Shown here piece by piece: positions 1 through 15,129 of a DNA stretch of 32,326 nt. Source of the DNA: Paraglomus brasilianum (lineage: Eukaryota); contig CAJVPI010000377.1 in NCBI GenBank assembly GCA_910592345.1, positions 1 through 32,326 on the forward strand. The letters run 5' to 3'. The notes under the pieces are model-generated. The model was not told the DNA's origin, searched no databases, and saw only the letters and a list, made by a program, of their open reading frames with translations. A program made the position numbers and the translations under genes. Position 1 is the first letter of the stretch, and every line of letters begins with the position of its first letter.

Positions 1-57
1 GAAATATGTATTGTTTAATCTTAATTGTATAATGAGTATAAACATTTGGTTTTGTAG

Positions 58-439
58 ACAACAATAAAAACATCAACCGAAGAAATACAATATAAGACGG
101 ACATTGAAGTTAGGGGGAATGAATATGCTGAATACATTTTACCATGCGTGGTTAACGTTTTGTCTAAAGATGACATTATTATAGAATTTGCTATCACTAG
201 TGCCTATTTCTATGTAAGCACGGTTTATTTATTCATTGACATAGTGTAAAATGCATTCAATTGTTCTAACTTTAACTCTATTTTAGTTACCCGTATATCT
301 CTATTGGGTTTGTTTATATTCGGAAGAAAAGTTAGATACTATGGAACGTAACTTGAAAATTGAAACATTTCCAACTGGTGTAAAAATGATTGATCATAGG
401 CAATATCTTTGTGCCGATAACAAACTTACCATATATTGA
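58..439 (+). CDS. Last two exons (58-213, 287-439) of a paralog of the TPR/F-box-like gene at the right end; 5' part lies outside the window
   Basis: Acceptor TTGTAG ends at 57; intron GTAAGC 214 to TTTTAG 286; open frame TTIKTSTEEIQYKTDIE...YLYWVCLYSEEKLDTMERNLK...TIY*. Clear inverted nucleotide similarity to 30812-31283. Confidence 0.75.
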
Positions 440-1530
440 CGCGAACATTGTTGATATCACGCATCCGTGATATTAAACTAAAATTTATATTTTCTCTATA
501 AACACTATTCGTTATGAAAACAATGTTGAACGGTTGCATGCTGGTAGATAACACTGACATTTAGCCGAGAAATACGAAAGTAGTAATCATGCGTATGTGA
601 CTCCCTGCGTCCGTATCAACGAGCAATCGTACAAGCACCGGTTCTGGTATCTATTCTTAAATATACATAAATATCATGAAGTATTCTTTATGACTAACAA
701 CTAGTAGATCACATTGCATGATATTTAATTAACAAGAAGTCAGCCGGGCGTGGCTGTTCTGCAACACGTTGAAGTTTCTCTAATTGTAATGACGCATTCC
801 CAGTAGAAGATTTATTTTCCTCGGAGTGACGTTTTATCATTTGAGTATACTAATACCTTGGAATAGACAACAATAAGCGAGATCTTTCTGTATTGTGTAT
901 TTATTGCTGATTCTGGATCTTCTTTTCGGGAAGGGGGTAATCATTTTTACGAAGGAAACTACTATTCAAACAATACTGTTGACAGCGAAAGTATGGAGCA
1001 AGCTTGGGAAAAATGCAAAATGCAGCAATTTTTTCTGTTTTTATCTTATGTTTGAGCGTAGGAGAAAAAAATGATAAATGGGTGTTTGTCACAAAAAACT
1101 TACTTTAAGCGTAATATTTCAATCAAAACTTAGGTTAAAATGACAACATAATATTGTAAGTTTAACTTTGTCAGACACCACTTAATGTCGTTGAAGAATG
1201 TGATATCATAATACACATGTCGGTTTAGTTTTTTTGGTATCTTTAGCATTCAAGTTTCACGTCACGTAAGATTTCAATCAAGCGTTATTTGAAATGGCGA
1301 CGATATGGAAATGTAAGATAAAATTGGTCACTTATTGTTTTAAAACATTACATAAGGTTCAAGAAAAGCTAATGATAATGGACTAAAATGTTACAAGATT
1401 TCGAAATTCCAAGCATCACGTCAAATTGCAGTCAAAATGCGACAACATGCATCGGATGATAATGATAAGCCTGCTTCTGCTTCAAATGGAATAAAACAAA
1501 TAGCTATTCCAAGTACTGCAGTAAATGGTA

Positions 1531-2450
1531 TAGTACCGTCTCAAAAGTCTCCGATCATAATGAGTGATGCCATTGCGTTGAGATTAACATTGAAGTTATT
1601 GCGCACCTCATAGCTACTTTACTTAACTAAAAATACTATAATAATAACGCGACCTAAAAATGTCAAAATTAATACTCATATAAACTGTACCCTAATACAA
1701 CAAAAAGTTTAATCGACAAACAAAATTTTAATTAGACAGTTGAACGTAACCTTATTATTGGAGAATGCTTTTGGTCATTCAGAAGAAAGATTGAAGAGAA
1801 AATTGGCCTCCCAAAGTCGACAGTCAATGTATCGTAAAAATAATCCGCCAACTTTTCGCTCCATGCAATGGAAGATCGCAGACAAACACACTTGAAATCG
1901 TTGTTCGTTCTAATCGGTGGCAGACTACGAGACAGATTCATGCAGACGTTATCCATCAACTGGAACTGCCATTAGTTTATCGTGTATGAAAACTTTATAT
2001 GAATCGGGCTACAATAACCGAGTTATGGTTGCAAACCGCTTATTTCTGCGTCCGGAAGAATGAGCTGCATTATTTTATAGTCAAGCATGGTTGTGGGCGT
2101 GATAGTCTGGGATTGCTTACATAAATCTTACAAAAATAACCTGTTGCCATTTATACAAGGATTGGAGCAAGAAGAGGAAGAATATGATAAAAAGTTTGAT
2201 TATACATATAACTCAAAATGGTTCAAAAACGTCTAATAGAAATGCGGTTGTTTTGCACTTTCGAATCACATAAATATTACAGTTTGTGTGTATTCTTTTT
2301 GACGTTTGTTTTAACTTTTAGGTCACGTAACCCGGATTATAATATTTGTAGCTGAGTAAAGAGTAAGTTCGTAGACACGATAGATGCGCTAACTTTAATA
2401 TTAACATCAGTGCAAATACAAGTGGTGTCGAAACTTTTGAGACGGCACCA
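1531..2450 (+). mobile_element. Internally deleted, degenerate Tc1/mariner-like DNA transposon with ~160-170 bp terminal inverted repeats and TA flanks
   Basis: Left end TA|TAGTACCGTCTCAAAAGT (1531) matches the reverse complement of the right end ACTTTTGAGACGGCACCA|TA (2450). Similarity continues inward (1531-1689 vs 2278-2450: GACCTAAAA, GTCAAAA, AAACTGTA). Frameshifted transposase pieces on +: ERNLIIG, KIEEKIGLPKSTVN (HTH), GTAISLSCMKTLYESGYNNRV, KPLIS, KHG..GVIVWDC, NNLLPFI. Confidence 0.85.
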
Positions 2451-3016
2451 TATTAGTAAATAAAGCTGATCCTATATAAAAGTGTAGAGTCACTTCTAGG
2501 AGTAGACTTCACATTGGATGGGACACATTAGAATATGCTAAATGCACCAGACTTTCGTATATCTTTCACACAACAAACTCGAATATGATTTCCTCACCAT
2601 GTTCCTGTGCTGGCCTGAAGAGCAATTGAGGGAATGTTTGAAACTAGGACAGATATCTTCACTGTCTCCCCATTCCTTTAAAGTAAAAGGATCCACTCCG
2701 CTGTACTGATTGTAGACGCAACACCTTTATAGATGTGCTTAACAAATGGTGCAAAATGTCATTTCAAAAAAAAGCCTTGCGTATTCGCTCGTTTCCTTCA
2801 CGAAATATTAAAGTACCTTCTGCTTTACTCGATATGTACTGTAACATTCTTGATTATTTTTATAATATGACTTACGAACGAAATCGCAATAAGTATGAGG
2901 TGTTATTGTCTTTAAAGGAAGTTATTACGATAAAAAATTTTGGACTTTTTGCATATCGGTCGCCAGATCCATTTCCAACACAGATTTCAGTGAAAATGTT
3001 TTTATTATTAATCTTC

Positions 3017-4340
3017 TCAAGCTGTCTTAGCGCCAATAATTCCTAAATAACGTAAATGACGTTTAGCACCAGATGCAACCAAAGTAAGCTTTCAAATATT
3101 CACAACGTACTTTCAGTTTCAGCCACGGATTCTTCCAAAATTTGTTGTTGCTAAAGAAAATAGCGGGTGAATAAAAGAGGGCGATATCGGCAACGATCGA
3201 ATATAGAACATTATCTTACCACTTTGGGATCAGAGATAGCAGCCTTAACTTTCTCGATGACTGCCTCTGCCAAAGCCTTTTGCTCACGTTCGCGAACGGC
3301 AGCCTCATGTCGAACCCAAGAATCTAAGACTGATTTGATTTCTGCAGCAGCGGCAACCTTCTGTTTCAACTCAAAGGCTTCTGCTTCTAGAGCTGCTGTT
3401 TTCTGATAATAGAAAGTACTGTTGTTAATACATTCCATCTTTGATGTAATCTGTATTTAGATAACATGTTACCTTTGACATGGCAAACAGCGCCTTGGTG
3501 ACATCTACAATATCACCCAGTTGTCCAACAGTTTCAATTCGATCTTGAACCGCAACCTTATGATCCGCTCGAGCTTGACGAAGAACGCCGTTAACACGCT
3601 AGATGAAAAGCCACAGTAATCACATTTCAACGCCAAACACCCTTAATTAATGACAAGGATTGATTACGACGAACCTAACTAAATATTGGATATAAATCCC
3701 ACCTCATTTTCTTCTGCTGCCCAGTCATTGAAAGGTTTCTTGAGACCACGGTATAAAAGGGTAGCCATGCCAGTAAAAGCAACTAACACAAGAGTCTCTT
3801 CGTTGATCACGTAAAGCTCTTGGGACAGCACATAGGTAGCTAATCCAGTTCCCAGCGTAATGTAACCTGTCTTTGAAATCAAAGAGTTTCCAGGCAGAGC
3901 ATCGATAATACTTAAAGCCTTTTGTTTTGGGTCAACAGGTGTCTCTAAAGAAAGAGGCGATACAGTCGGTAAATATGGAGGTTTCTTTAAAGCACCGGAT
4001 GCGAACTCGATTCATGTAACATACCTTCGCTCGCAGGAGTTGTATATCTTCGAATGCTATGTGCAAACAATATAATTAATTGATTTTTATTTGCACATCA
4101 GTTAGTTCATATGAATGTGAATTGTACGAGCCAACAAGGTAGCCATTTCGTGAGATTGTCCCGATCCGAACATACCCCGAATTAACAGCAGGACGTCCAA
4201 GGACGCTCAGCGAAGGCCCATTGACGCCTAAGCGTTAAATTAGAGTGCATGTTAGCGAATTAATTTCGAAATCTAAAAAGTGTTTAGCGGGCAATTCCCC
4301 TACCCGAAAGACACCTGGTCGACAGCTGCCTCAAAGCCAT
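3017..4340 (-). CDS. ATP4: Mitochondrial F1Fo ATP synthase subunit b (subunit 4), 8 exons, ~245 aa
   Basis: Exons 4340-4304, 4227-4176, 4056-4025, 3944-3703, 3598-3473, 3402-3220, 3150-3111, 3042-3017 join in frame with GT-AG introns. Presequence MALRQLSTRCLS; motifs PKQKALSIIDALPGNSLISKTG, ELYVINEETL, KSVLDSWVRHEA. Confidence 0.95.
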
Positions 4341-5645
4341 ATAATAATAGAACTATAGTCCGAAAAATCAAAATGTCAGTAAACGAGTGGAGGAATAACT
4401 GTCCTCAAAAATTTCTTGGCGAGAAATCTATAAGTCCCTTCACTGTCGCGAATATTATCCGAAATTGTAGATGGGGCAGCCTAATATTAAAGAGAAGAGG
4501 GTATGCCATTACTGTACATCATAGTTATATTAATATGTCGATGTGTCGATCTGATCAAAATTTTTTCGTGATAAGGATAAAACAGTGCAAAATACTATTC
4601 GTACGGTTTCTCGCGTATAACCTGTTACTATGATGCCAATCTACTTTACTTTTTTTGCCTTTGTTATTCTTGAATCCTAAATCATCCCCTCCTAAGAAAC
4701 TATAAAAAACTTTGTCCTTAAGGTCTTTATAATTATAAGGAATCGAAATTTGCATCACAATCCGCCCAACTCGGACCTTTAATCCTTCAAAACTTCTATA
4801 TTATTACCTTCTGTCTAAATGTCTTGCTTTCTCGACGTAAGCAATCTACGTGAAGGTAGCTTGATCGTTGTACTCTAATTCAAAAACGGAGTTTCATAAA
4901 AAGAATGGGAGAAGTTAAGATGGTAGTAGGGAGACTTGTTCAATGAATTTGGAGGCATTCAAGCAGGATCGAGAGTGGGTTCCACGTTTGCTGATAATGC
5001 AGTAAGGGAAAGTGAGATAAGGTGAATTGATCGAGAGATTTAGTCTAAAAAGGAGGGTTCGGATCAGATAAGTTTTATGATACGCTATTCTTTTAGATAT
5101 TCGTAAAGTCAAAAACCACCTTTATTACGAGGTAGAGAAGCAAATGGGCAGGTATATGGTTGGTGAATAATGTACAACATGAGCAATGTACTAATACTAA
5201 AATAAAATGTCATAATGATAAACCCTAACCCTAACCTCTGCTTATAAGTATGAAGCATAGCAGTCGTAATGAACAATAATAGACAATTACAAGCCATTTT
5301 AAGCATAATCGGCTTGGTTGCTTGCTAAATGAAATGGCTATCTATTTGGTTTGAACAAGAGATTAATTACTGATTCGTTATTATAGCAATTTCTGACAAA
5401 TTGTATACTAGGCTCTCGGATTGAACCGTTGTTGCAAAAAACCCCCCCAATGCATTACAGAATAATTACCATTAATGAATTATAAACATACCTTTATTAA
5501 TTACTAGTTTGATGTGAAATGTAATGGCAATGGTTAATTGATACGCGTTATATAGTTTCCTTCCAAGCAAATACAAATTAAATTACACGCAGCTTAATAC
5601 TAAGATTTAAGACCTCGAAACTTACTTATCTATTATATATATATA

Positions 5646-5797
5646 CAGTCGAACCTCCATAAAATAACCCTCTATAAAGGAGCATCCTCTCATGAAGAAC
5701 ATTTTATCATGGAACGAATCTGAATTATTAGTAAATGAACAAGCTCTACCTCAACGATAGAACATAATTTGGCTGTCCCAACTGTGTTCTTTTATAT
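5646..5797. mobile_element. pogo/Tigger-type MITE relic, right TIR eroded
   Basis: TA|CAGTCGAACCTC at 5646 is a typical pogo/Tigger terminus, inserted in a (TA)n run. Internal ATAAA..AAC/ATGAAGAAC repeats and an inverted GTTCTTTTAT near 5786-5795. Confidence 0.6.
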
Positions 5798-6200
5798 ACA
5801 AAAGTCTTTTGAAAATCGGTTATGAAATTAAGTCTCAGTCTCCGTGAAAACATAGCTGGCCAATTCATATTGATATCATAAAGACTGTTTTGATTATTAT
5901 GGAAATAACAGCCAAATAATACGCAGAATTAAGACATAAGGATGGGATAATAGTACGTATTTAGCAAAACGTTATAAATTAATTTAATTAGGTCAATGAA
6001 GGAACGCTGTCAAACTTATAGCGGAGAACGAACACCTAATAATAAATTATTTAATATTTGATCATGTGATACAAGCTAAAATACGAAATATCTACGCTTT
6101 TTTAGTTCTTACAATTTAAATTGTGCAACGTTTGGTATAAGCTTATTATTATTATTATCCATTAATACGCCGAATTTCTCAAGTTGACCAACTCCGGTAA

Positions 6201-6208
6201 TCACGTGA
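6201..6208. promoter_or_regulatory. Palindromic E-box TCACGTGA (bHLH/Cbf1-type) ~55-60 nt upstream of the U2AF65 ATG
   Basis: Exact TCACGTGA; related TCATGTGA at 6062-6069. Function is inferred from position only. Confidence 0.35.
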
Positions 6209-6261
6209 ACCATTACTATTTATTCATGCGCTCTACCCCACAACTCTGGCATTGAGAGACA

Positions 6262-9096
<2,835 letters not shown>

Positions 9097-9306
9097 TTGA
9101 TTATTAGTAGGAATATATTAATAAAACAAAAAGAATCGATCTATGTTATAAGTTACGAATGAATTAATAAATTATCAGAATTCGGATTATCGGATTATCT
9201 GTCGACAATCACACAATTGTTCTAAAATTTATGCGGTCGTGTTACACGAAAACTTGCCTTCAAATCGACAGATCTACCTAGACCCGCAGCCTAGTCTCTT
9301 GTAATC

Positions 9307-10579
9307 ATGTCGGTCGACACTGCTAGCTCTGACACAGTCTTTAGCATTCTCAACAAGGGCTTGAAACTTGAAACCGTTGAAGATGTCCAAACTTTTGTAG
9401 AGGAAATATTAGCAAAAGAAAAGTTAGAAACAGTGATTTTGAGCGGGAATTCGTTTGGCGTTGAGGCAGCTCAGGCCCTTGCTGGAGCTCTAAAAAATAA
9501 AAATTCAATCAAGGTGAGCCATTGTAGGCGATGGGCACGACTTGCAAGACTGACATTGCTGCAAAAGCCATAGTATTGTCTATGGCGCGTTACGAGTGCC
9601 TGAACTATATACACGCGCGCTCTGATCAATCTTTCAGTAACGCGTCGTCATTACTTTAAATAACTAGGTAGTCAACGCATCAGATATATTTACGGGACGT
9701 CTTCGAGACGAAGTTCCGCAAGCAGTCAGGGCAATCTGCGATGCGCTCGAAGACAAGCAGAGTCTAGTTGAATTGAACTTTAGCGATAACGCTTTCGGCC
9801 CGGCAGGAGCAGAACCAATGGTCGACTTTTTAACGAACAACCGGTGGTTCCAGGTACTGAAACTGAATAACAACGGATTAGGGGTACGTGGTGGTACTAT
9901 AATTGGCCAAGCCCTACTCGAGGCGGCAAAGAAAAACAATGAGGAAGGCAAAAAATCTTCTCTTAGAACTATCATTGCCGGCCGCAATCGATTAGAGAAC
10001 GGGTCGAGTAAATATCTGGCTAATGCATTTGCTGCACATGGTACTCTAGTTGACATAAGATTACCACAGAATGGTATCAGACCGGAAGGCATTGCTGTAT
10101 TCTCAAAAGGGCTTGCGGCATGTAAAGACTTGGAAGTGATCGACTTTCAGGACAACACATTTACAACCGACGGATCTGTGGCATTCGCAGAGGCACTGCC
10201 AAAATGGAAAAAATTGAAGAATCTGAATATTGGTGACTGCATGTTGGAAGTTGCCGGCGGTGTGGCTATAGTAGAAAGTCTTTTAAAAGGATGTAACAAT
10301 CAGTTGCAGACATTAAATCTCCAGTATAATGAAATTGATAGAAAGTCAGTGTCCTTGTTGGCGCAAGCCATTTCTTCTCATCTCAAAGAGCTGTCCTCAT
10401 TAGAGTTAAACGGTAATAAAATTCATCCTGAAGATTCGTCCATCGCTGATGTCAAGGCTGCTCTCGAGGAACATGGACATGATAACGCTTTGGGAGATCT
10501 ACACGACATGGAAGTGAGCGAAGATGAGGAGGAGGAAGAGGAGGAGGAGGAGGAGGAGGAGGAATCTCACGAACGCTAG
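9307..10579 (+). CDS. RNA1: Ran GTPase-activating protein (LRR with acidic tail), 2 exons, ~372 aa
   Basis: Exons 9307-9513 and 9668-10579 in frame. Motifs LSGNSFGVEAA, SDIFTGRL, SDNAFGP, LNNNGLG, GRNRLENG, PQNGI, QDNTFT; C-terminal poly-E tail encoded by a (GAG)n run. Confidence 0.95.
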
Positions 10580-12049
10580 ACGTGTTTCTGCTGACTATTA
10601 AATATATAGAAGTTTCAAATACATGTTATATACAAATACTGAATAAACATAAAAAAAATATACAAACTTAATTTCCATTTTGTAATACTCTATACGCTAT
10701 TGACAATTATCTACAGAACAGAATGGATATTCCTTGAGAGTAGGTGGAGAAAAGACAGCAAGCATTCCTCCTCACGGCCATCATTATTGAGGCGGTTCAC
10801 TGGTTCCGGATTTACAAGACCAAGAACTTTTGATTGAACACTGTGTTATCGTCCGAGTTTCGGACACCTCGCGGCAAGTCACATTGTCCGGTAAGTCATC
10901 ATAGAATTCTCTATATTACCCGCGTAGACATATCCTGATAGGCCCTATCTACATTATGATTATTCTTAGGGTTCCGCAGTCAACAGGCAACGGCTTGGAC
11001 GAATGCCTTACGTCTTTGACATGGGAACGTTCATTCTGTTCGGAGGGCGTTATTGTGCCGTCTTGAGACGCTACTACGAGTCAAAGTTTCGATTGACGAG
11101 GCACCTGTTGACAGTGAGTCTGATCCTACAGAATTCGGGCAGGATATAGAAGCGTGGTTCTTCTATATGGTTGGGAACGTATGACATACGTGTGTTATTG
11201 ATTTTGTTCTCTCAAACAAAGTCATCCCGCATCAGTGATATTTATTATGCCATTAGCAATTGTCCAGAGAACCATCTGATCTCATACCGCCGATTCATTA
11301 TTCAAGTCTTTAATGTTATTGCTGGACTAAGGCTTGGTGACCTATTTTGTTGATATTGTGCATTTCGGATTAGATGTACTGTAGCCCGGTTATTTGTCTC
11401 CGTACTAACATTGACGAAGATATCTACATAGGTAACTGGCTGAGTATGGCTGACCGACTTATTATTATCGAGTTTACTTAACTTATATGAATTATCAACG
11501 ATAGTAATACTCTATTTATAGGATTAAGATTATTAATTGCCACAATTGTTCAGTAAGTGATTGCACACTATTTAACGCTGAAGCATATACCAGTGTAAAT
11601 TATAATTTACAGTCCCTGGTGAAAGTAATGACGCGTGTTTATCGGTCATTGTCCGATCCAGGGTAGTTGTTCTTGTTCATTTCGCGATAACTTAAACAAC
11701 TGAAGGCAGGCATATTATTTGTCAGATTTCATTAGATGGCATTCCGACTGAAGCAACTCTAGTGTTGAAAAGCATAAATGTCCCAGTTGATCAGGAAGAC
11801 ATATGATAATGAAAAAGTTGTCTCAATCCCCATCTTTAAAGATCTTGCTGACAATGTTGCTATGGTATAGATAGTACTTTAGACCGACCCCAAGTTACAA
11901 GTAATAGAAAGTAATACTATATTTATGTTTTTATGTCTCTCCCAATACAAGCCATTTGTTATAAACAGGCATGTAAACAAGAATAGTATTTATTAGTAGC
12001 AGCTTAAACTTTAAGTAGTATAATATTTTTCTGGTATCATGAATAATTG

Positions 12050-12660
12050 CATGGTCACCAGTTACAGTTGGATCAGGAAACTCTGGATTAAGACAAACAT
12101 TGAATTAGGAAAACCAATCTTGAAGAAAATGATAAAGTAAAGTGTAAAGTAAAAGCATTCATTTTCATGTTTCAGAGCATTCCTCAATGTACTTGACCAA
12201 ACAAGATCATGAACTCTCCTAAGTATAATAATAAGGGCCAACTGATCTTTCATTCCCTAAACAGCTTGTACTTGTAAGAAATTGGCTGCCACCAGGCTGT
12301 GCTCCTGGCAATCAGTCCTATGACTTAAAGACAGGAGATAAGTTTCTCTGCCTTCAATCCCACACCAGTCAAAATCAGTCAAGATTACATTTTGAACACC
12401 CCAACTACAACTACCAGATTTTGGGCATTTCTGAGATGCATTGTAGATCATCAGCACATCAGTGTATATTATCTTGCAAATTGCCAAGCTTGGGTTTGCA
12501 TTGTGGTCCAGAGGGGTTATATCTTTGTGTAAGTTTGTGGCTTTGAGACATTGTGTGTGTAGATCCTTCTTTGCTTGTTTTACACCTTTTTCAACCACAG
12601 TAAGACATCCTCTAAGTTTCAGCTGCTCCTGCTGGTTAGGATAAATTATTAATTACTGTC
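12050..12660 (-). pseudogene. Degenerate protein-kinase-like fragment
   Basis: ORF 12257-12598 contains NVILTDFDWCGIEG, resembling the DFDW metal-binding motif of fungal kinase-like families. Other kinase motifs are missing or out of frame, and the block has no CpG. Boundaries approximate. Confidence 0.5.
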
Positions 12661-15129
12661 ACCCTTCCAGTTTTTGATGACATCCATGCCTATACAAGAC
12701 ATACATTATATCTCTTGTTGACTTATCCTAGCCATGGTATTACTCCCATGCCTATACAATATATCCTCCATGCACATTATATAATCTCTCGTCGTTGCAA
12801 GGATAATTGGCATGAGTAATAGGAGACAGTTGTGAGGAAGTAAACAATCCAGAATATAGAAATCGGTAAGTTTTGCTAGAAATTATCACGCGTTTCAACA
12901 TTCTCCTACCACTCACCAGGCTTGACAATTCCCTTAGATTCTTGAGCTCTTCAACAAGACCCTCTGTTGATCTCCTAGTAGGTGATATGGCCGTCTCATA
13001 GGTATGCCTGAGAAAGACATACTGCCAATTCTGTTTCGTTTGACAACTTCGAAAAAATAGCAGCCTTTGTTGGTTTATACGAATTAGTCACGTGGATATG
13101 TATTTATTAAAGTATTAATAATCTTAACAGAGACGTAATACTAGTATACATTATAATGTAAATATTGATCCGTTTAATTTGTTTCATAATAATTTACGTA
13201 ATCACAAGTTCGAATATAACAAAGAAGGACTCGTTATTTGTGCCTGTCGATTCAACATATTCGGAAGGAAGACGCATACGGTAATCCAATAATAGTAAAT
13301 ATTTGTTTAATGTTAATGACGAATTTACACAACCCACGGGAAATTTTCTACGTGATTGCCGCGAGAGAAGAATGGGACGGGTGATCAATAAAGTTCTAAA
13401 TTATAAAAAAAACATGGGACGGGTGATTAGAGTAGATTGATACGATTGGATGATATTGTGATTGTGATCACCATTGCTGTATTGTCAATCAAGTTTACCA
13501 AATAAATTCAGCCAAGACCCTACATTCCTGTATATAGGTTCATGGTATATATTGACAATCCAATAGCAGACAAGGGGTTCCGTCATTAATATTAACAACA
13601 ATTTGCTCTCAAATATGACAATTGAGAGATATGGGCCATGGTTGTAAATTGTCACAACAATAAACGGTTGTTCCTTAGACACATGATACTGGGCGTTATT
13701 ATTATTTATTGTATGCAGAAAAGCTCTTACAGGAGAGTTGCACAAAAATAGTAAATCCCCAGAAATCCTATGCAGTCAAGGCGGGCGGGTATGGATACCT
13801 TAGAATAGCGTAAATCAATGAAACGAACAGCCATGTATCTTTACATATACCTGCAACATATATGCCCAGATGCATCATACGCGGGGGAGAGCAAAGTATG
13901 TGTGTGTGTATAATAAATCAGTATGCATGTGATCACATGCCAAATATGAGATTTACAACGTCTAACATGCAAAATCAGCAAGGCGGACATGATCAGCTCA
14001 GGGCAGAGCGAATGAAAAGGATTGTAGAAGATGGCAGTAACTGATATTTGAAAGACATATTTGGGTGCCATTATGAATTTGCATACTTGTGTTTATAACC
14101 ATTACACACGTATCGAAACCGTTCCAAATGCGCGTAACGACATTTTGCATGAATTGGGCGTATCTATCTATCGGACGCCAGAGAACGAAGTCTGTTTGAT
14201 CCATTGTTGATGAATCGCTAGATCCATTATTATCACTTTCACCAACTCGACACTCGACAATTTTCGTTTTAAGCAATTTTTATTTGCTGTTCTTTTTAGC
14301 TAAAAAGAAACTATAGATAAATATATATATGGAATAAAGTTGCAACTATATACAGTAAAAAAGAGAAAGAATAAAAAAGCAGTTTCAATTATAAAATCCC
14401 GGGAAAAAAAAAGAATTCTGTTTCATACCAAGCATATATATATTCGTGTTGTTCTATAGTCATGTTTTTGCGTCGTAGAAAATATGATGTAAAAAGAAAA
14501 AAGGAGACTGGATAAATCTTATCATACGAATTAATAGTAAAAAAAAAAAGTGAAAAATGATCTATTTTTAAAACATCTATAATTAGTTTTGAGTATGTTG
14601 TGATTTTTTTAAATAGTAAACCGTATGCAACCCTGGTGATTATCATAAGAGATGTAAGGAAAGACAAGGCGACGTTCCGTCACCAATTTGCAATGATGTA
14701 ATTCGTGATGATAGGAAATGTCTGCAGACAAGAACGAAAAGAAGGTGAACACAGAGAAAAAGGGGGAAGTAATACGGAAGAAGGGGAGTGAGTAATACAA
14801 ATAGGGGAGAGTAATTGACGTCACAATCGTGTGATGAAAAAAAAAAAAAGATAGAGAGAGATATGGATAGATGAATACAGAGAGATATGGATAGAGAGAG
14901 AGATACAAATGAAAAAGGGTAATATGTACAAATATAAACCAACACACTCAAGTATTTAATGATGACCGTAACAGTAAAAAATAAATTCCAATACCAAATA
15001 TAATAATAATGCAAAATAACCGAATGCCACCCCCGAAACCCAAACACGCACGCAAAACCCAATATTCTTTACAAAAAAAAAAAAAGCGAAAATCAAATCA
15101 AAGCCTTAAATTAACCACCTAGACCCTAT

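Noticed and set aside
5221..5236. Telomere-like AACCCTAACCCTAACC
   Set aside because: Fewer than three units and internal; not enough to call a telomeric array or binding site.
10716..11200. GC-richer segment with an intron-like GTAAGT...CTTAG
   Set aside because: Stops interrupt the frames I checked and no domain is recognisable; possibly a gene relic but no product can be supported.
13372..13427. 14-bp direct repeat ATGGGACGGGTGAT x2
   Set aside because: Only two copies; a local duplication, not CRISPR-like.
14347..14930. Two UGUANAUA Pumilio-type elements in the putative 3' UTR
   Set aside because: Could easily occur by chance in AT-rich sequence, and the UTR end is unknown.
14389..15062. 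Hydrophobic ORFs of 92-139 aa on the minus strand
   Set aside because: Artefacts of the low-complexity U-rich region downstream of the zinc-finger gene.
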